A stretch of 64,000 bases of DNA from an uncultured Opitutales bacterium (GCA_964542645.1 CAZIUG010000008.1:516338-580337), one strand, 5' to 3'; positions 41,354-52,108 are shown, numbered from the stretch's first letter. The notes: generated from the sequence alone by a model not told the origin. A program made the numbers and translations.

Positions 41354-42577
41354 ATGCCATTCGAACTGATCCTAAAAGGCGGCCACCTAATTGATCCAAA
41401 GAACAACATTGATGGGCCGAACGACATTGGAATCAAAGGAGGAAAAGTAGCCGCCATTGAATCGGAACTGCCTGTCGAAAATGCCGCCCAAGTTATCGAT
41501 GTCAACGGCCACTACGTGACTCCTGGTTTAGTAGACATACACATACACGCCTACGCCACAGCTGGTCATCGGAATGCCTGGGCAGGCGATAACTCAATTC
41601 TTCCGGATGGGTTTAGCTTTCGCAGTGGAGTGACAACCATGGTGGATACAGGGAGTTCCGGCTGGCGAAATTTCGAAGACTTTCGCTTCCGGGTAATCGA
41701 CCGATCCCAGACCCGTCTCTTCGCCCTAATCAACATCATCGGCACTGGCATGATATCCACCGACCTCGAACAAAACCCCTATGATATGGATACCGATAAG
41801 ACAGCGGCTATCGCTAACAAACATAGTGACGTCGTAGTCGGCATCAAGACCGCTCACTACCAAGGACCAGAATGGATCTCAGTGGACCGATGTCTGGAGG
41901 CAGCTGGAAAAGCATCTCTTCCGGTCATGATTGACTTCGGTTTCTTCAGAAAAGAACGCCCCTACCATCAACTCCTAACGGAGAAACTAAGGCCTGGGGA
42001 TATCAGTACACACATCTTTCGGGCTCCCACCCCCTGGTTCAATGAGGAAGGCACGGTTCTACCTTACCTGCACCAGGCGCGGGAACGGGGTATTATTCTC
42101 GATGTAGGTCACGGTGCCGGCAGTTTCTGCTTCCGCAACGCTGTACCGGCCATCGCCCAGGGGTTTTATCCAGACTCGATTTCGACCGACCTTCACACCC
42201 TGTGTATGAACGATGCTATGCTCGACATGACAACTACAATGTCGAAATTCCTTGCCATGGGAATGCCTCTTTTTGAAGTGGTCCGAGCTTCAACCATCAA
42301 TCCAGCCAACGAAATCGGCCATCCGGAATTGGGTCATCTCTCAATTGGCTCTGTCGCCGACATCGCTGTACTCAATCTAATGAAAGGCCGTTTTGGTTAC
42401 AATGACTCTCTTGGAGGGCGGATGGAAGGAAACAAAAGACTGTTTTGCGAACTCACCCTTAAGGATGGTAAAATCGCCTGGGATTGGAACGGCAGATCTG
42501 GTATCGACTATCATAAGATGGATCCAAACGATGGTATTCGTCCGGGAGAGTTTCTCATTTTTCCAGAAGATGCCTAA
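41354..42577 (+). CDS. Amidohydrolase/deacetylase family metallohydrolase (dihydroorotase-like)
   Basis: PGLVDIHIH, GVTTMVDTGSSG, GIK, DVGHGAGSF, ISTDLH. Confidence 0.88.
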   Translation: MPFELILKGGHLIDPKNNIDGPNDIGIKGGKVAAIESELPVENAAQVIDVNGHYVTPGLVDIHIHAYATAGHRNAWAGDNSILPDGFSFRSGVTTMVDTGSSGWRNFEDFRFRVIDRSQTRLFALINIIGTGMISTDLEQNPYDMDTDKTAAIANKHSDVVVGIKTAHYQGPEWISVDRCLEAAGKASLPVMIDFGFFRKERPYHQLLTEKLRPGDISTHIFRAPTPWFNEEGTVLPYLHQARERGIILDVGHGAGSFCFRNAVPAIAQGFYPDSISTDLHTLCMNDAMLDMTTTMSKFLAMGMPLFEVVRASTINPANEIGHPELGHLSIGSVADIAVLNLMKGRFGYNDSLGGRMEGNKRLFCELTLKDGKIAWDWNGRSGIDYHKMDPNDGIRPGEFLIFPEDA

Positions 42578-43748
42578 CAGATTCTCAGGACGCCATTTTC
42601 TACAGATTCCTGGACCGACCAACATCCCTGATCCGGTGTTGCGATCGATGGCTCGCCCCACCATCGATCATCGAGGTCCCGAATTCGCGGACCTATCGAA
42701 GCGGGTCCAAGAACGACTCCAAGGGATCTTTCAAACTTCTCAGCCTGTCCTTATATTCCCATCATCGGGAACCGGAGCGTGGGAGGCGGCTCTCGTCAAC
42801 ACCCTCTCCCATGGCGATCAAATCTTGATGTTTGAAACCGGATATTTCGCCCAGCTCTGGAAACAAATGGCAGAACGTTTAGATTTGGTAGTCGATTGGA
42901 TAGATGGAAACTGGCGCTCTGGCGCGGATCCTAACAAAATTGAAGAAAGACTCCAAGGGGATAGGGATCACCGCATAAAAGCGGTCGCGGTGGTACATAA
43001 CGAAACATCAACAGGAGTGACCAGCCAAATCTCCGAGATTCGGGAGGCAATCGACCGCTGTGATCATCCGGCACTCCTCATGGTGGATACAATATCCTCT
43101 CTAGCCTCCATCGACTATCGTCATGAGGATTGGAATATCGATGTGTCTGTCGGCGCATCACAAAAGGGACTCATGCTCCCCCCTGGCCTAGGATTCAATG
43201 CGGTCAGCAACCGAGCCTTACAAGCTTCCAAAAATGCAAATCTTCCTAGATCTTATTGGGATTGGGGGAATTACTTGGAATTGTTCTCTACCGGGTTCTT
43301 TCCTTACACTCCTGCAACCAATCTTATTTATGGTCTCGATGTCGCCCTTGATCTCCTATTAAGTGAGGGTTTGGAAAAAGTTTTTGCTCGGCACCGAAGA
43401 CTGGCTGAGGCAACTCGAATCGCTGTCACTTCCTGGAACTTAGAAATCATGTGCGAAAATCCGGTAGAATATTCTGAAAGCGTGACGGGTATTTTTATGC
43501 CCGATGGTCATAACGCTGATAAGCTTCGTAAAATTCTCCTTGATCGATTCGATATTGCCCTTGGAACCGGCTTGGGGAGGATGCAAGGTCGAACCTTTAG
43601 AATCGGCCACCTCGGCGACTTCAATGATCTCATGCTCGCCGGAACACTTTCTGGAATCGAAATGGGCCTACTTACCTTGAAAGTCCCCTTTCATCCTGGG
43701 GGTGTCCAGGCAGCTCTCGACTTTCTGGCAACCCATGTCAAACCGTAA
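42570..43748 (+). CDS. Serine/alanine-glyoxylate aminotransferase (class V PLP)
   Basis: FLQIPGPT, SSGTGAWEA, HNETSTG, SQKGLMLPPG, FRIGHLG; ATG at 42570 overlaps upstream stop. Confidence 0.92.
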   Translation: MPNRFSGRHFLQIPGPTNIPDPVLRSMARPTIDHRGPEFADLSKRVQERLQGIFQTSQPVLIFPSSGTGAWEAALVNTLSHGDQILMFETGYFAQLWKQMAERLDLVVDWIDGNWRSGADPNKIEERLQGDRDHRIKAVAVVHNETSTGVTSQISEIREAIDRCDHPALLMVDTISSLASIDYRHEDWNIDVSVGASQKGLMLPPGLGFNAVSNRALQASKNANLPRSYWDWGNYLELFSTGFFPYTPATNLIYGLDVALDLLLSEGLEKVFARHRRLAEATRIAVTSWNLEIMCENPVEYSESVTGIFMPDGHNADKLRKILLDRFDIALGTGLGRMQGRTFRIGHLGDFNDLMLAGTLSGIEMGLLTLKVPFHPGGVQAALDFLATHVKP

Positions 43749-43979
43749 TTTTAGCATGGAAAACCTTATTCAGGATTGAAACCAGCTGATCTTTCCAATT
43801 CAGGCGTTGGGAAAATACTGGCGTTAATCAATATCAGAAAGTCTTTGTTTTCCATATTTATCTAGTTTCTCTGCCTAGAATTTTCTCAGAAAATAACAAG
43901 CCGTGAGAACTTGCTCAGAATTTTTGTCTATTTGTTTACAGATGGCTCTTAGCCTGAAATTCCAACAGGTTTACCCAAT

Positions 43980-46940
43980 ATGACTCGAAAACGCCATTCT
44001 AGCCGCTCTCTCGAGCAAGCACTTCAGGACAAAATCAAAGGCGAAGTCCGTTTCGATCCTGTAAGCCGCGCCATCTACTCCACCGATGCCAGCGTCTTTG
44101 AGATAATACCTGAGGGAGTCGTAATACCAAAATGCCCAGATGACATTATTAACACAGTAAAAATCTGTCGCGACCAGGGAGTGTCCATTACAGCAAGAGG
44201 TGGAGGAACAAGCCAAGCAGGGCAAGCGGTGGGCCAAGGAGTTCAACTCGACTACTCTAAGTATCTCAACCGGATCATCCAATTAGATGTACAGGATCGT
44301 ATTATTGAGGTAGAGCCTGGAATCGTTCTGGACGATCTCAATGCCCAAATTGCTCCTCACGGCCTACAGTTACCCCTCGACATCTCCACATCGAACTGCG
44401 CCACCATCGGGGGGATGGTTAATAATAATTCAGCCGGAACTCGTTCAATTCTCTACGGAATTACAATCGATTATGTACTAGAACTTTTAGTGGTTCTCTC
44501 CGATGGCAGTGTGGTTCGGCTCAAACAAATCAACGCTGAAGCTTTGGATTTAAAGTGTAACCAGAAGGATTTGGAAGGCCACTCATATCGGGTGGTGCAA
44601 AACCTGGCCAACTCGCATCAGGAAGAGATTAAGAAACGCTACCCAAAGATCCAGCGCCGCGTAGGTGGATTTAACCTTGATGCGTTTACTCCAAGTAAAG
44701 GTGTCGATAAATTCAACCTTTGTAAGATGATCGTTGGTTCGGAAGGGACTCTGGCTCAGGTTTTGGCCGTAAAACTCAAACTGGTTCAGCTTCCGCAAAG
44801 ACGCGCCGTGGTATCCATTCAGTTTCGAGAACTCCTCGAAGCAATGAAAGCAACTCCTCTCATCTTAAAACACAATCCATCAGCAGTGGAACTCGTTGAT
44901 GACCTAATTCTGGGAATGACTCGGGATAAACCAAAATACGAACCTCTTCGCAGCTTTATCGATGGGGATCCCAAAGCAGTCCTAATCATCGAGTTCACAG
45001 ACAACGGTAAAACTGAACTTTCAGATCGAATCGAGAATCTGATCACAGAATTAAAGGATACAGGGCACGGCTACCATTTTCACCGTGCCCTCGACAAAAA
45101 AGAGCAAAGGGATATCTGGAATCTCCGCAAAGCGGGATTGGGCCTCTGTATGGCTCAGAAGGGCGATGCCAAATCAATTTCGTTCGTGGAAGATACCGCA
45201 GTGGATCCGGCGAATCTTCATGACTACATCCGAGACTTTACTGAGATACTCAAAGCACACGATACGGAAGCAGGTTTCTATGCTCACGCCTCCGTTGGCC
45301 TCCTTCACATAAGACCGATCGTCAATATGAAAACCGCAGATGGGATAGTTAAATTCCAGGCCATTGCCGAACAAGTCTCAGACCTGGTTTTAAAATACAA
45401 TGGAGCCCTCTCCGGAGAACACGGCGATGGACTTATCCGTGCACCTTTTCAAGAAAAAATGTTTGGATCGGCGCTCTACCAGGCATTCAAAGAAATAAAG
45501 CAGACCTTTGATCCTCATGGGATTTTTAATCCTGGAAAAATCGTCGACGCCCCGAAGTTGACGTCAAATTTGCGGTTTGGGGCCACCTACAAGACTCCCG
45601 ACCTGAAGACTGCAAACAATTTTTCAGACTTTGGAGGGCTTGCTCGCGCCGCGGAACAATGTGGTGGAGTTGGGAACTGTCGTAAGAACCTTGAGGGTAC
45701 GATGTGTCCCTCTTACATGGCAACTCGGGAGGAAAAGGATTCGACTCGAGGTAGAGCAAATGCACTCCGTATCGCACTCAGTGGGAAAATAGGTTTTCAG
45801 GGACTCTCTGATCCAGACCTCTTTTCGGTCTTTGATCTATGTCTCGAGTGCAAGGCCTGTAAAACCGAATGCCCTACCGGGGTCGATATGGCCCGGATAA
45901 AAAGCGAGTTCCTCTACCAATACGCGAAAAAGAACGGTTATGCTTTTCGCTCCCAAATGATGGGTCATACCAGAAAATTGGTTGAAATTAGCAGTCAATT
46001 TACACCAATTTCCAACTGGATCCAGCGATTCCCGTTTTCCAGCAGACTTCGTGAATCCCTTTTTGGCATTTCAGCACAAAGGGAGCTTCCCATGCTTGCG
46101 TCTCAGTCATTTGTCAAATGGTGGAGGCAGAACAGTCCAGATCCCGATTCGGAAAACCAAGATCGTCCTCTTATCGCCCTGTTTCCGGATACCTTCTCTA
46201 ACTTTTTTGAGCCAGAGATCCCTCAAGCTGTTAGCCGAATCGCGAGACGGCTCGGCTTCAAAGTATTACTCGTAGAACCAGTATGCTGTGGTCGTCCTTT
46301 AATCTCAAAAGGACTTCTGTCAGAGGCTAAGCTTCAGGCTAAGAGGCTTCTTTCCGCTATGTACCCATTTGCCAAAAATCACATACCTATAGTATTTTGT
46401 GAGCCTAGCTGTTACTCAGCCGTTACCGATGATTTCCTTAATTTTTTCACCGGACCTAGTCGAACACGTGCCGAGCAAGTTGCAGAGGTAGCTATCCTCT
46501 TTGATGATTGGGCCCTAAAGCAAATTGAAAACCCGCATAAAATCCCTGTTTCGGGCACTGTGAGAAATGCTTCTGCCAACAGATTGCGCTTTTCCCAATC
46601 AGGGCCATCACGGGTAATAATCCATAATCACTGCCACCAAAAAGCACTATTGGGTAACGACTTCACCAAATCCCTTCTGGGAAAACTACCAAACTGTGAA
46701 GTCTCCACACTAAATACAACCTGCTGCGGTATGGCTGGCTCCTTCGGATATGAAAAAGAACATTATGCTATCTCTCAAGCAATCGGGGAACAACGACTTT
46801 TCCCTACCATTCGGAGTGCATCGAAAAATACAATCGTCGTCGCAAATGGGTTTTCCTGCCGCCACCAGATTTCCCACTTTACTGGTGTTAAACCCTTGGC
46901 ATCAGTGGCTCTACTCGAATCTCTCATGAACCGAAAGTAG
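43980..46940 (+). CDS. FAD-linked oxidase with 4Fe-4S and CCG domains (GlcD/GlcF fusion, YdiJ-like)
   Basis: RGGGTSQAGQ, GSEGTL, GEHGDG, CLECKACKTECP, CCGRP, CCGMAGSFG. Confidence 0.9.
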   Translation: MTRKRHSSRSLEQALQDKIKGEVRFDPVSRAIYSTDASVFEIIPEGVVIPKCPDDIINTVKICRDQGVSITARGGGTSQAGQAVGQGVQLDYSKYLNRIIQLDVQDRIIEVEPGIVLDDLNAQIAPHGLQLPLDISTSNCATIGGMVNNNSAGTRSILYGITIDYVLELLVVLSDGSVVRLKQINAEALDLKCNQKDLEGHSYRVVQNLANSHQEEIKKRYPKIQRRVGGFNLDAFTPSKGVDKFNLCKMIVGSEGTLAQVLAVKLKLVQLPQRRAVVSIQFRELLEAMKATPLILKHNPSAVELVDDLILGMTRDKPKYEPLRSFIDGDPKAVLIIEFTDNGKTELSDRIENLITELKDTGHGYHFHRALDKKEQRDIWNLRKAGLGLCMAQKGDAKSISFVEDTAVDPANLHDYIRDFTEILKAHDTEAGFYAHASVGLLHIRPIVNMKTADGIVKFQAIAEQVSDLVLKYNGALSGEHGDGLIRAPFQEKMFGSALYQAFKEIKQTFDPHGIFNPGKIVDAPKLTSNLRFGATYKTPDLKTANNFSDFGGLARAAEQCGGVGNCRKNLEGTMCPSYMATREEKDSTRGRANALRIALSGKIGFQGLSDPDLFSVFDLCLECKACKTECPTGVDMARIKSEFLYQYAKKNGYAFRSQMMGHTRKLVEISSQFTPISNWIQRFPFSSRLRESLFGISAQRELPMLASQSFVKWWRQNSPDPDSENQDRPLIALFPDTFSNFFEPEIPQAVSRIARRLGFKVLLVEPVCCGRPLISKGLLSEAKLQAKRLLSAMYPFAKNHIPIVFCEPSCYSAVTDDFLNFFTGPSRTRAEQVAEVAILFDDWALKQIENPHKIPVSGTVRNASANRLRFSQSGPSRVIIHNHCHQKALLGNDFTKSLLGKLPNCEVSTLNTTCCGMAGSFGYEKEHYAISQAIGEQRLFPTIRSASKNTIVVANGFSCRHQISHFTGVKPLASVALLESLMNRK

Positions 46941-47025
46941 ATTAGTAGTATAAAGTATGCTATTGCCCCCAGCCACACCTGGGGCAAGCTTCCTTTTAAC
47001 GTCAACTGAAACTCTGAACCTAATC

Positions 47026-48135
47026 ATGTCTAAAATATATACTGCCGCTGTCATTGGCCTCGGTCGCATAGGAAGCACCTTCGATGATGAAATCGAGCAG
47101 GGAGGCGCAATCTATCTTCCTTATTGCCACGCCCCGACTTACGTTGCGGCCCCCAACATAAAACTGATTGCTGGAGCTGACCCACACCAGGAACAACGTG
47201 AGATTTTTGGCCAACGCTGGGGACTCGCCAGCGATCATCTTTACGAAGATTATCGTGATCTTCTCGACCGCGAGAAGCCTGATCTTGTCAGTATCGCAAC
47301 AACCGCTAGAGTCCGGGCGGAGATTACTATAGCCACAGCCCAGTCCGGGGCCAAAGGTATTTGGGCAGACAAGCCAATCGCCTTATGTCTTGAAGATGTC
47401 GACACGATGGTCGACGAGTGTGAAGCCAATGGAGTTCCCATGGTGATTAACTGTGGACGGCGCTATAGCCCTTCCTTTGTAGAAACCCGACGAATGATTG
47501 ATGAAGGCATTCTCGGTGAAATTCTCCAAGTGACAGCGTATACAGAGTGCGGGCTTTCTCATAACGGGAGTCACGCGATTGATATCGTGCGATACCTGGC
47601 CGGTGGCAACGTACAATGGGTTTTTGGGGAAATGCAGTCTGACGAAGCCGCCAACGGAGAAAACGATCTATCGGGTAATGGCTACCTCGCTTTTGACAAC
47701 GGGGTCAGGGCATATATTCGGGCAACTTCATGCGGTGTCTCTAATTGGGAAATCGACGTCATTGGCACCAAAGGTCGCGTCCGGTCAATCGCCAATGCGC
47801 TCGACACAGAGTGGACTTACCTGACCCCAGGCGGCCCCAAGGGACGAGGCATCCCAGCTCGGTCTCCAATCGCAACGCCAGCCCGGCCCGAGGGCGGCGG
47901 CCTTGCCTTAGTCCGGGATCTCATCAAGGCGATTGAGTCTCAATCCCAGCCAAGGTGCTCTTTATACGACGCTCGCGATGCCCTCGAAATTGCTGTAGCT
48001 CTCCGAGAATCCCATCGAAAAGGATGTGTTCGGTTCGATCTACCAGTCGAAGATCGTTCTCTCAGAATCCTATCCGCTGAGATCCATCAGGATGACAAAC
48101 CAGCCCGTATCCGTAGACTAGAGGCTGCCACCTAA
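47026..48135 (+). CDS. Gfo/Idh/MocA family oxidoreductase
   Basis: IGLGRIG, ADKPIA, HNGSHAID; ATG at 47026 preferred. Confidence 0.88.
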   Translation: MSKIYTAAVIGLGRIGSTFDDEIEQGGAIYLPYCHAPTYVAAPNIKLIAGADPHQEQREIFGQRWGLASDHLYEDYRDLLDREKPDLVSIATTARVRAEITIATAQSGAKGIWADKPIALCLEDVDTMVDECEANGVPMVINCGRRYSPSFVETRRMIDEGILGEILQVTAYTECGLSHNGSHAIDIVRYLAGGNVQWVFGEMQSDEAANGENDLSGNGYLAFDNGVRAYIRATSCGVSNWEIDVIGTKGRVRSIANALDTEWTYLTPGGPKGRGIPARSPIATPARPEGGGLALVRDLIKAIESQSQPRCSLYDARDALEIAVALRESHRKGCVRFDLPVEDRSLRILSAEIHQDDKPARIRRLEAAT

Positions 48136-48232
48136 GGACTAATGCTACATCTCTTCGTTAAAAAACACTCCTCCCAACATCGAAACCCCACTATTAGCCA
48201 AACTATCGGCTTAAATTGAACAATCTGGATGA

Positions 48233-50131
48233 TCAAATCAGACCCAGGTCCAATAACCTGCGTGCAAACTCTCTCCGATTTAGGTTCTTTTCGCCCACCA
48301 GCGTTACGCCAATTTCCTTGTCGGCATCCCTAATCCAAGATTCTTGAGCTTCCGTCGTGAGAGGGGAGTCCGGTTTGAAACACAGCGAGTCATCCTTTTC
48401 CCAATGTCCATACTCCAAGACCATCCGCTGAATCGCTTCGAATGCCCCACTTTCTACTGGCACATCGATGAGCCAATTTAGAGGTACCCCTTCAGCAAGC
48501 AGTGCATACTGAAAAGAACGTAATAGTGAAGGGTTCTTTTGGATAACTCGCGGTTCCTTATCCTGCTCCAATGCAAACGCCACCACCAATCCAGCCGCTT
48601 CACCAATATTCCATTCAACTGGATGTAAACGATAACATCCATTCGTTATGTGAGTTGTGCCTATGTTCTTATTCGCTGCGATGAGGTTTTTAACCCGCTT
48701 AGGAAGTAGTGCTCCAAGTGGAATTTGAAAAGGCTTCGTTCGGGTGCTCACACCAACTTCATCCTCGCTCACCTGATGAATGTCTATAGGATACCAGCCG
48801 ACTCCGACCGAATCATGGAAATAAGCTGCTCGTGATCCCACCTGATGGGTTGTTGTAAGTTCTTGCTCCACAATCGTCTTTATGGCTTTTATTCGTCGGC
48901 TCTCGCGAATGTAAGGGTATTTGCTAAGCCCATCTTGGGTACCCATAACATCCGGCCGCAGGAGTAGATTGGCAAACCCTGAGGCTCCCCCTCGGTTAGG
49001 CACCTCTTTTTGCAACCAATAGGCAAAGCCCAAACTCACCTGCTTAGCATCTTGTAGAGCTCTGGCCATTTTTTCCGGTGACTGGTCGACTAACGGCACA
49101 TCGCGATAATCATTTCCCGGCCAATTAAAAAGCGTTAGGTCATAACCAACATAAGTCGGGAATTGGTCAGCATCTAGCAATCGACGGTATTGCCAAAGCG
49201 GGCCTTTAGTCCCCTCTGTCTCATCGAACACCTGATAGTCCAACCATCCAGTGGTTTCGCCGTAAATCTCACCTCCGTGAACATGGATCCGGAGACTGTA
49301 GGGTTGCAGGTCACGGTAGTGCTCGTACTTGCGTGGTCTTGCGATGTGGTTGTTCTCATATTCGGGCCTTTTCTCCATCACGAAAGGGTAGGTGCAACTC
49401 TGCATACAATGCAGCATCGCTTCTTTCGGCTGAGCATGAGGCTCTGAAGTCTCTTCGACGCATTCCGCACCGACCACATACTCTGTTCCTGTTAACGGCA
49501 GTAAGTCACCCAGTTCGGTCGCGTCCAGTACGTATTGAAATATAATTCGGAGGCTACAACCATCATCTAGGTTTATTGCCGTGACTGAAACAACCTGATC
49601 TCCGTCCATTTCTGCTCCAACTGCTTTTGTCCGAAGGAAGACCCTGAGACGGCCTTCTGCAACTTCGCTTTCCAAGAGTTTGTCAACTGCGTTGACTGCC
49701 ACCTCAGGCTCAAAAGCCAACCGACTCACCCAACAACGGCCTGGATTCAGAGGCTCATCGAACTTTGCTTCACGATATAATTTTCTATAGTGTTCGCGAA
49801 TAGTCTCGCAGAGCTGATAGTAAGACCTTGTTCCGCCAAACGACTCAATGTGCTCATGTTCGTCCAGAGCCGCCACACCTTGGCTAGTAATTTGGCCTCC
49901 AAGCCAATCTGTTTCTTCTAACAAACATACATTGTGTCCCCTTCGCGCCGCAATCCAAGCCGCAGCTACTCCCCCCATACCGCCTCCAACCACAAGTACG
50001 TCGCAGGACTCTTCACTATCTGGGATATCATCTCCAACGATGACAATCGCACTGGAAGGATCGCCATCCATAGGCACCTTCATGACATCGACAACAGCTT
50101 TCAATCTACGGTTCTTTATGGTCATATTCAC
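48233..50131 (-). CDS. FAD-dependent oxidoreductase
   Basis: DVLVVGGGMGG, EETDWLGGQ, DATELGD, YIRESRR, YPIDIH, YRLHPVEW. Confidence 0.88.
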   Translation of the reverse strand: MNMTIKNRRLKAVVDVMKVPMDGDPSSAIVIVGDDIPDSEESCDVLVVGGGMGGVAAAWIAARRGHNVCLLEETDWLGGQITSQGVAALDEHEHIESFGGTRSYYQLCETIREHYRKLYREAKFDEPLNPGRCWVSRLAFEPEVAVNAVDKLLESEVAEGRLRVFLRTKAVGAEMDGDQVVSVTAINLDDGCSLRIIFQYVLDATELGDLLPLTGTEYVVGAECVEETSEPHAQPKEAMLHCMQSCTYPFVMEKRPEYENNHIARPRKYEHYRDLQPYSLRIHVHGGEIYGETTGWLDYQVFDETEGTKGPLWQYRRLLDADQFPTYVGYDLTLFNWPGNDYRDVPLVDQSPEKMARALQDAKQVSLGFAYWLQKEVPNRGGASGFANLLLRPDVMGTQDGLSKYPYIRESRRIKAIKTIVEQELTTTHQVGSRAAYFHDSVGVGWYPIDIHQVSEDEVGVSTRTKPFQIPLGALLPKRVKNLIAANKNIGTTHITNGCYRLHPVEWNIGEAAGLVVAFALEQDKEPRVIQKNPSLLRSFQYALLAEGVPLNWLIDVPVESGAFEAIQRMVLEYGHWEKDDSLCFKPDSPLTTEAQESWIRDADKEIGVTLVGEKNLNRREFARRLLDLGLI

Positions 50132-50489
50132 AAATTGGCTCTCAGCTGGTCATCTCGGCGTCAAGCCGGCCTAATTTGCCATGCTCGCCAGTGAAATAGA
50201 CGTACCCTCATTCAATATGAATGTCCCGCCATAACAGAAATTTTGTTCAAGTATATTGGCGGAAGTCCAACTCTACGAGCAATGAAATTCAAACTGACAT
50301 TGGAAATTTCAGCACTAGCTGCCAATATGTCCGAAATAACAGCCCAGTCTTAAATGTCTTTGGCCACCGTCACCCTCGACACTCTTGCCTCGGGTTTATG
50401 CTTCAAGTAATGGGAGGGTAGTCCCCTCTTCCGGATTTGCTGCGTCGAAAGATCTCGCCACAGTCACCACAGAGAGGAACGGCGGCGGA

Positions 50490-50512
50490 TGGAGGTGGGG
50501 GGAGTCGAAACC
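50490..50512 (-). other. Fragment resembling the tmRNA (ssrA) or tRNA 3' end; possible att scar
   Basis: Minus strand GGTTTCGACTCCCCCCACCTCCA; 5' T-stem strand and rest of the RNA absent. Confidence 0.55.
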
Positions 50513-50653
50513 GTTGTCGAGGAGAAGGATAATGGATTGCCTAATCGCTTTGCAACCTGTCAGACTATTAACCTATTTTCCTTGGGGGGATTTGTCGAAC
50601 TATCAGGACCGATAGATTTCTCGTGAACCATCTCGTCCTTTCGATTACTGCCT

Positions 50654-52108
50654 ATGACATTACACGTTCGAATAAGCACCCTCGTCTTGTTCGCCGGTGT
50701 TTTACTCTACTGGCTCTTTGCCGACACATTAAGTCGGCACGGGAAGATCAAAGATGAGCAACCATTGGTGGTGGCTCATTGGGGCGGCTATCAAGCCTAT
50801 CAGATGTGGAAGGAGATCTTTGCGGCGTTTCGTCTGAAACATCCGGAGATCGAGTTTGAAAGTCGCCATATGCCATCGACAAGGTACCACCAGAAGATCC
50901 AACAGCAGATTGTCTCCGACACGGCTCCTGATCTTTTCATGATGGAGAATGAATCCTTTCCAAAACTAATTAAATCGGGCAAGATCGAGAACATTTCTCC
51001 CTTTGTGAAAGCAATGGGTCGATGGGGAGAAGACGGGGAGGATTTGAGGAATCAGTACTGGAATACTGCAATCCGTGATTTCGGCGAATTCAATTCGGCT
51101 AATGGGGACTGGGAGCAATGGGGCATGCCGTTGTATGGCGGGTGTAACTTGCTCTTCTACAATAAGGCGAATTGGAGTCGCGCCCAAATTCGGGTCAGCG
51201 AGAACCCCGATTCTCCCGGCCTCATAAAATCGAATTCGGGTTGGTGGTACGTCAATGACGAGAAGTGGAACCTGGACGAATTCATTGCGGTCTGCAAGCG
51301 GCTGACCATAGATCTGGACGGAGATGGTCGAATCGATCAGTACGGACTATTCGTACCTCAGAAGCATTGGCAGACCTTTCACTGGATCATGGGGGCAAGC
51401 TTTTTGGACGAGACCTATACGCGGTCCACGTTCTATGGGCCGGAATGCGAAGCCTCGTTGGGACTCTGGCAAGATTTCCACCTCAAGAGCAAGGTTATGC
51501 CCACCCCTTCTGCTCTGAGCGCACTGAATACAAATACCGGGTTCTTCACCGGCATGATCTCAATCTTGAACACTAACACCTCGGCTCTGATGTTTCTGAA
51601 TGCGACCGAGGTGGACTATGATACGCTGCATCTCCCCAGGGGCAGTAGCGGAAGGCGTTACACTCGTTTTTTCTGGGAAGGCATGGCTATGAGCAGTCTG
51701 TCTCAAAAAAAAGCTGAAGCGTGGATAATGCTCGATTTTCTGACCTCTATCGAGGCGCAGAAGATCATCGCTGACTACCAGATGTCTCTGCCAAGTCTAA
51801 TCGCCTCGGAACCGTACTTTCTGAAGGGCGGAAAAGATCAGGCCCGAGACGTGGATTTGCACAAATTTATCGAAGCAGCTGAGAGCTATGCTAGACGCCA
51901 GCCTATTAGTTTACACTGGGGGCCGATGACTCGAGCGCTTACCAGATGCTGGGAGTCCCTCATCAGTCAAAACGAGGAATTCCGGATGACCCCTCGACAG
52001 GCCATTGCTCGGTATCTTTTCGAAAGTCCCGACCTCTCAGAAAAACTACCGCCGATTGACCCTGCCGCCGCCGAAGAGTATAGACCGGACTGGGAAGCAA
52101 TACGCTAA
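50654..52108 (+). CDS. ABC-type sugar-binding protein (SBP family 1) with N-terminal membrane anchor
   Basis: N-terminal TM, APDLF, LLFYNK, DLDGDGRIDQYG, AWIMLDFLTS. Confidence 0.82.
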   Translation: MTLHVRISTLVLFAGVLLYWLFADTLSRHGKIKDEQPLVVAHWGGYQAYQMWKEIFAAFRLKHPEIEFESRHMPSTRYHQKIQQQIVSDTAPDLFMMENESFPKLIKSGKIENISPFVKAMGRWGEDGEDLRNQYWNTAIRDFGEFNSANGDWEQWGMPLYGGCNLLFYNKANWSRAQIRVSENPDSPGLIKSNSGWWYVNDEKWNLDEFIAVCKRLTIDLDGDGRIDQYGLFVPQKHWQTFHWIMGASFLDETYTRSTFYGPECEASLGLWQDFHLKSKVMPTPSALSALNTNTGFFTGMISILNTNTSALMFLNATEVDYDTLHLPRGSSGRRYTRFFWEGMAMSSLSQKKAEAWIMLDFLTSIEAQKIIADYQMSLPSLIASEPYFLKGGKDQARDVDLHKFIEAAESYARRQPISLHWGPMTRALTRCWESLISQNEEFRMTPRQAIARYLFESPDLSEKLPPIDPAAAEEYRPDWEAIR

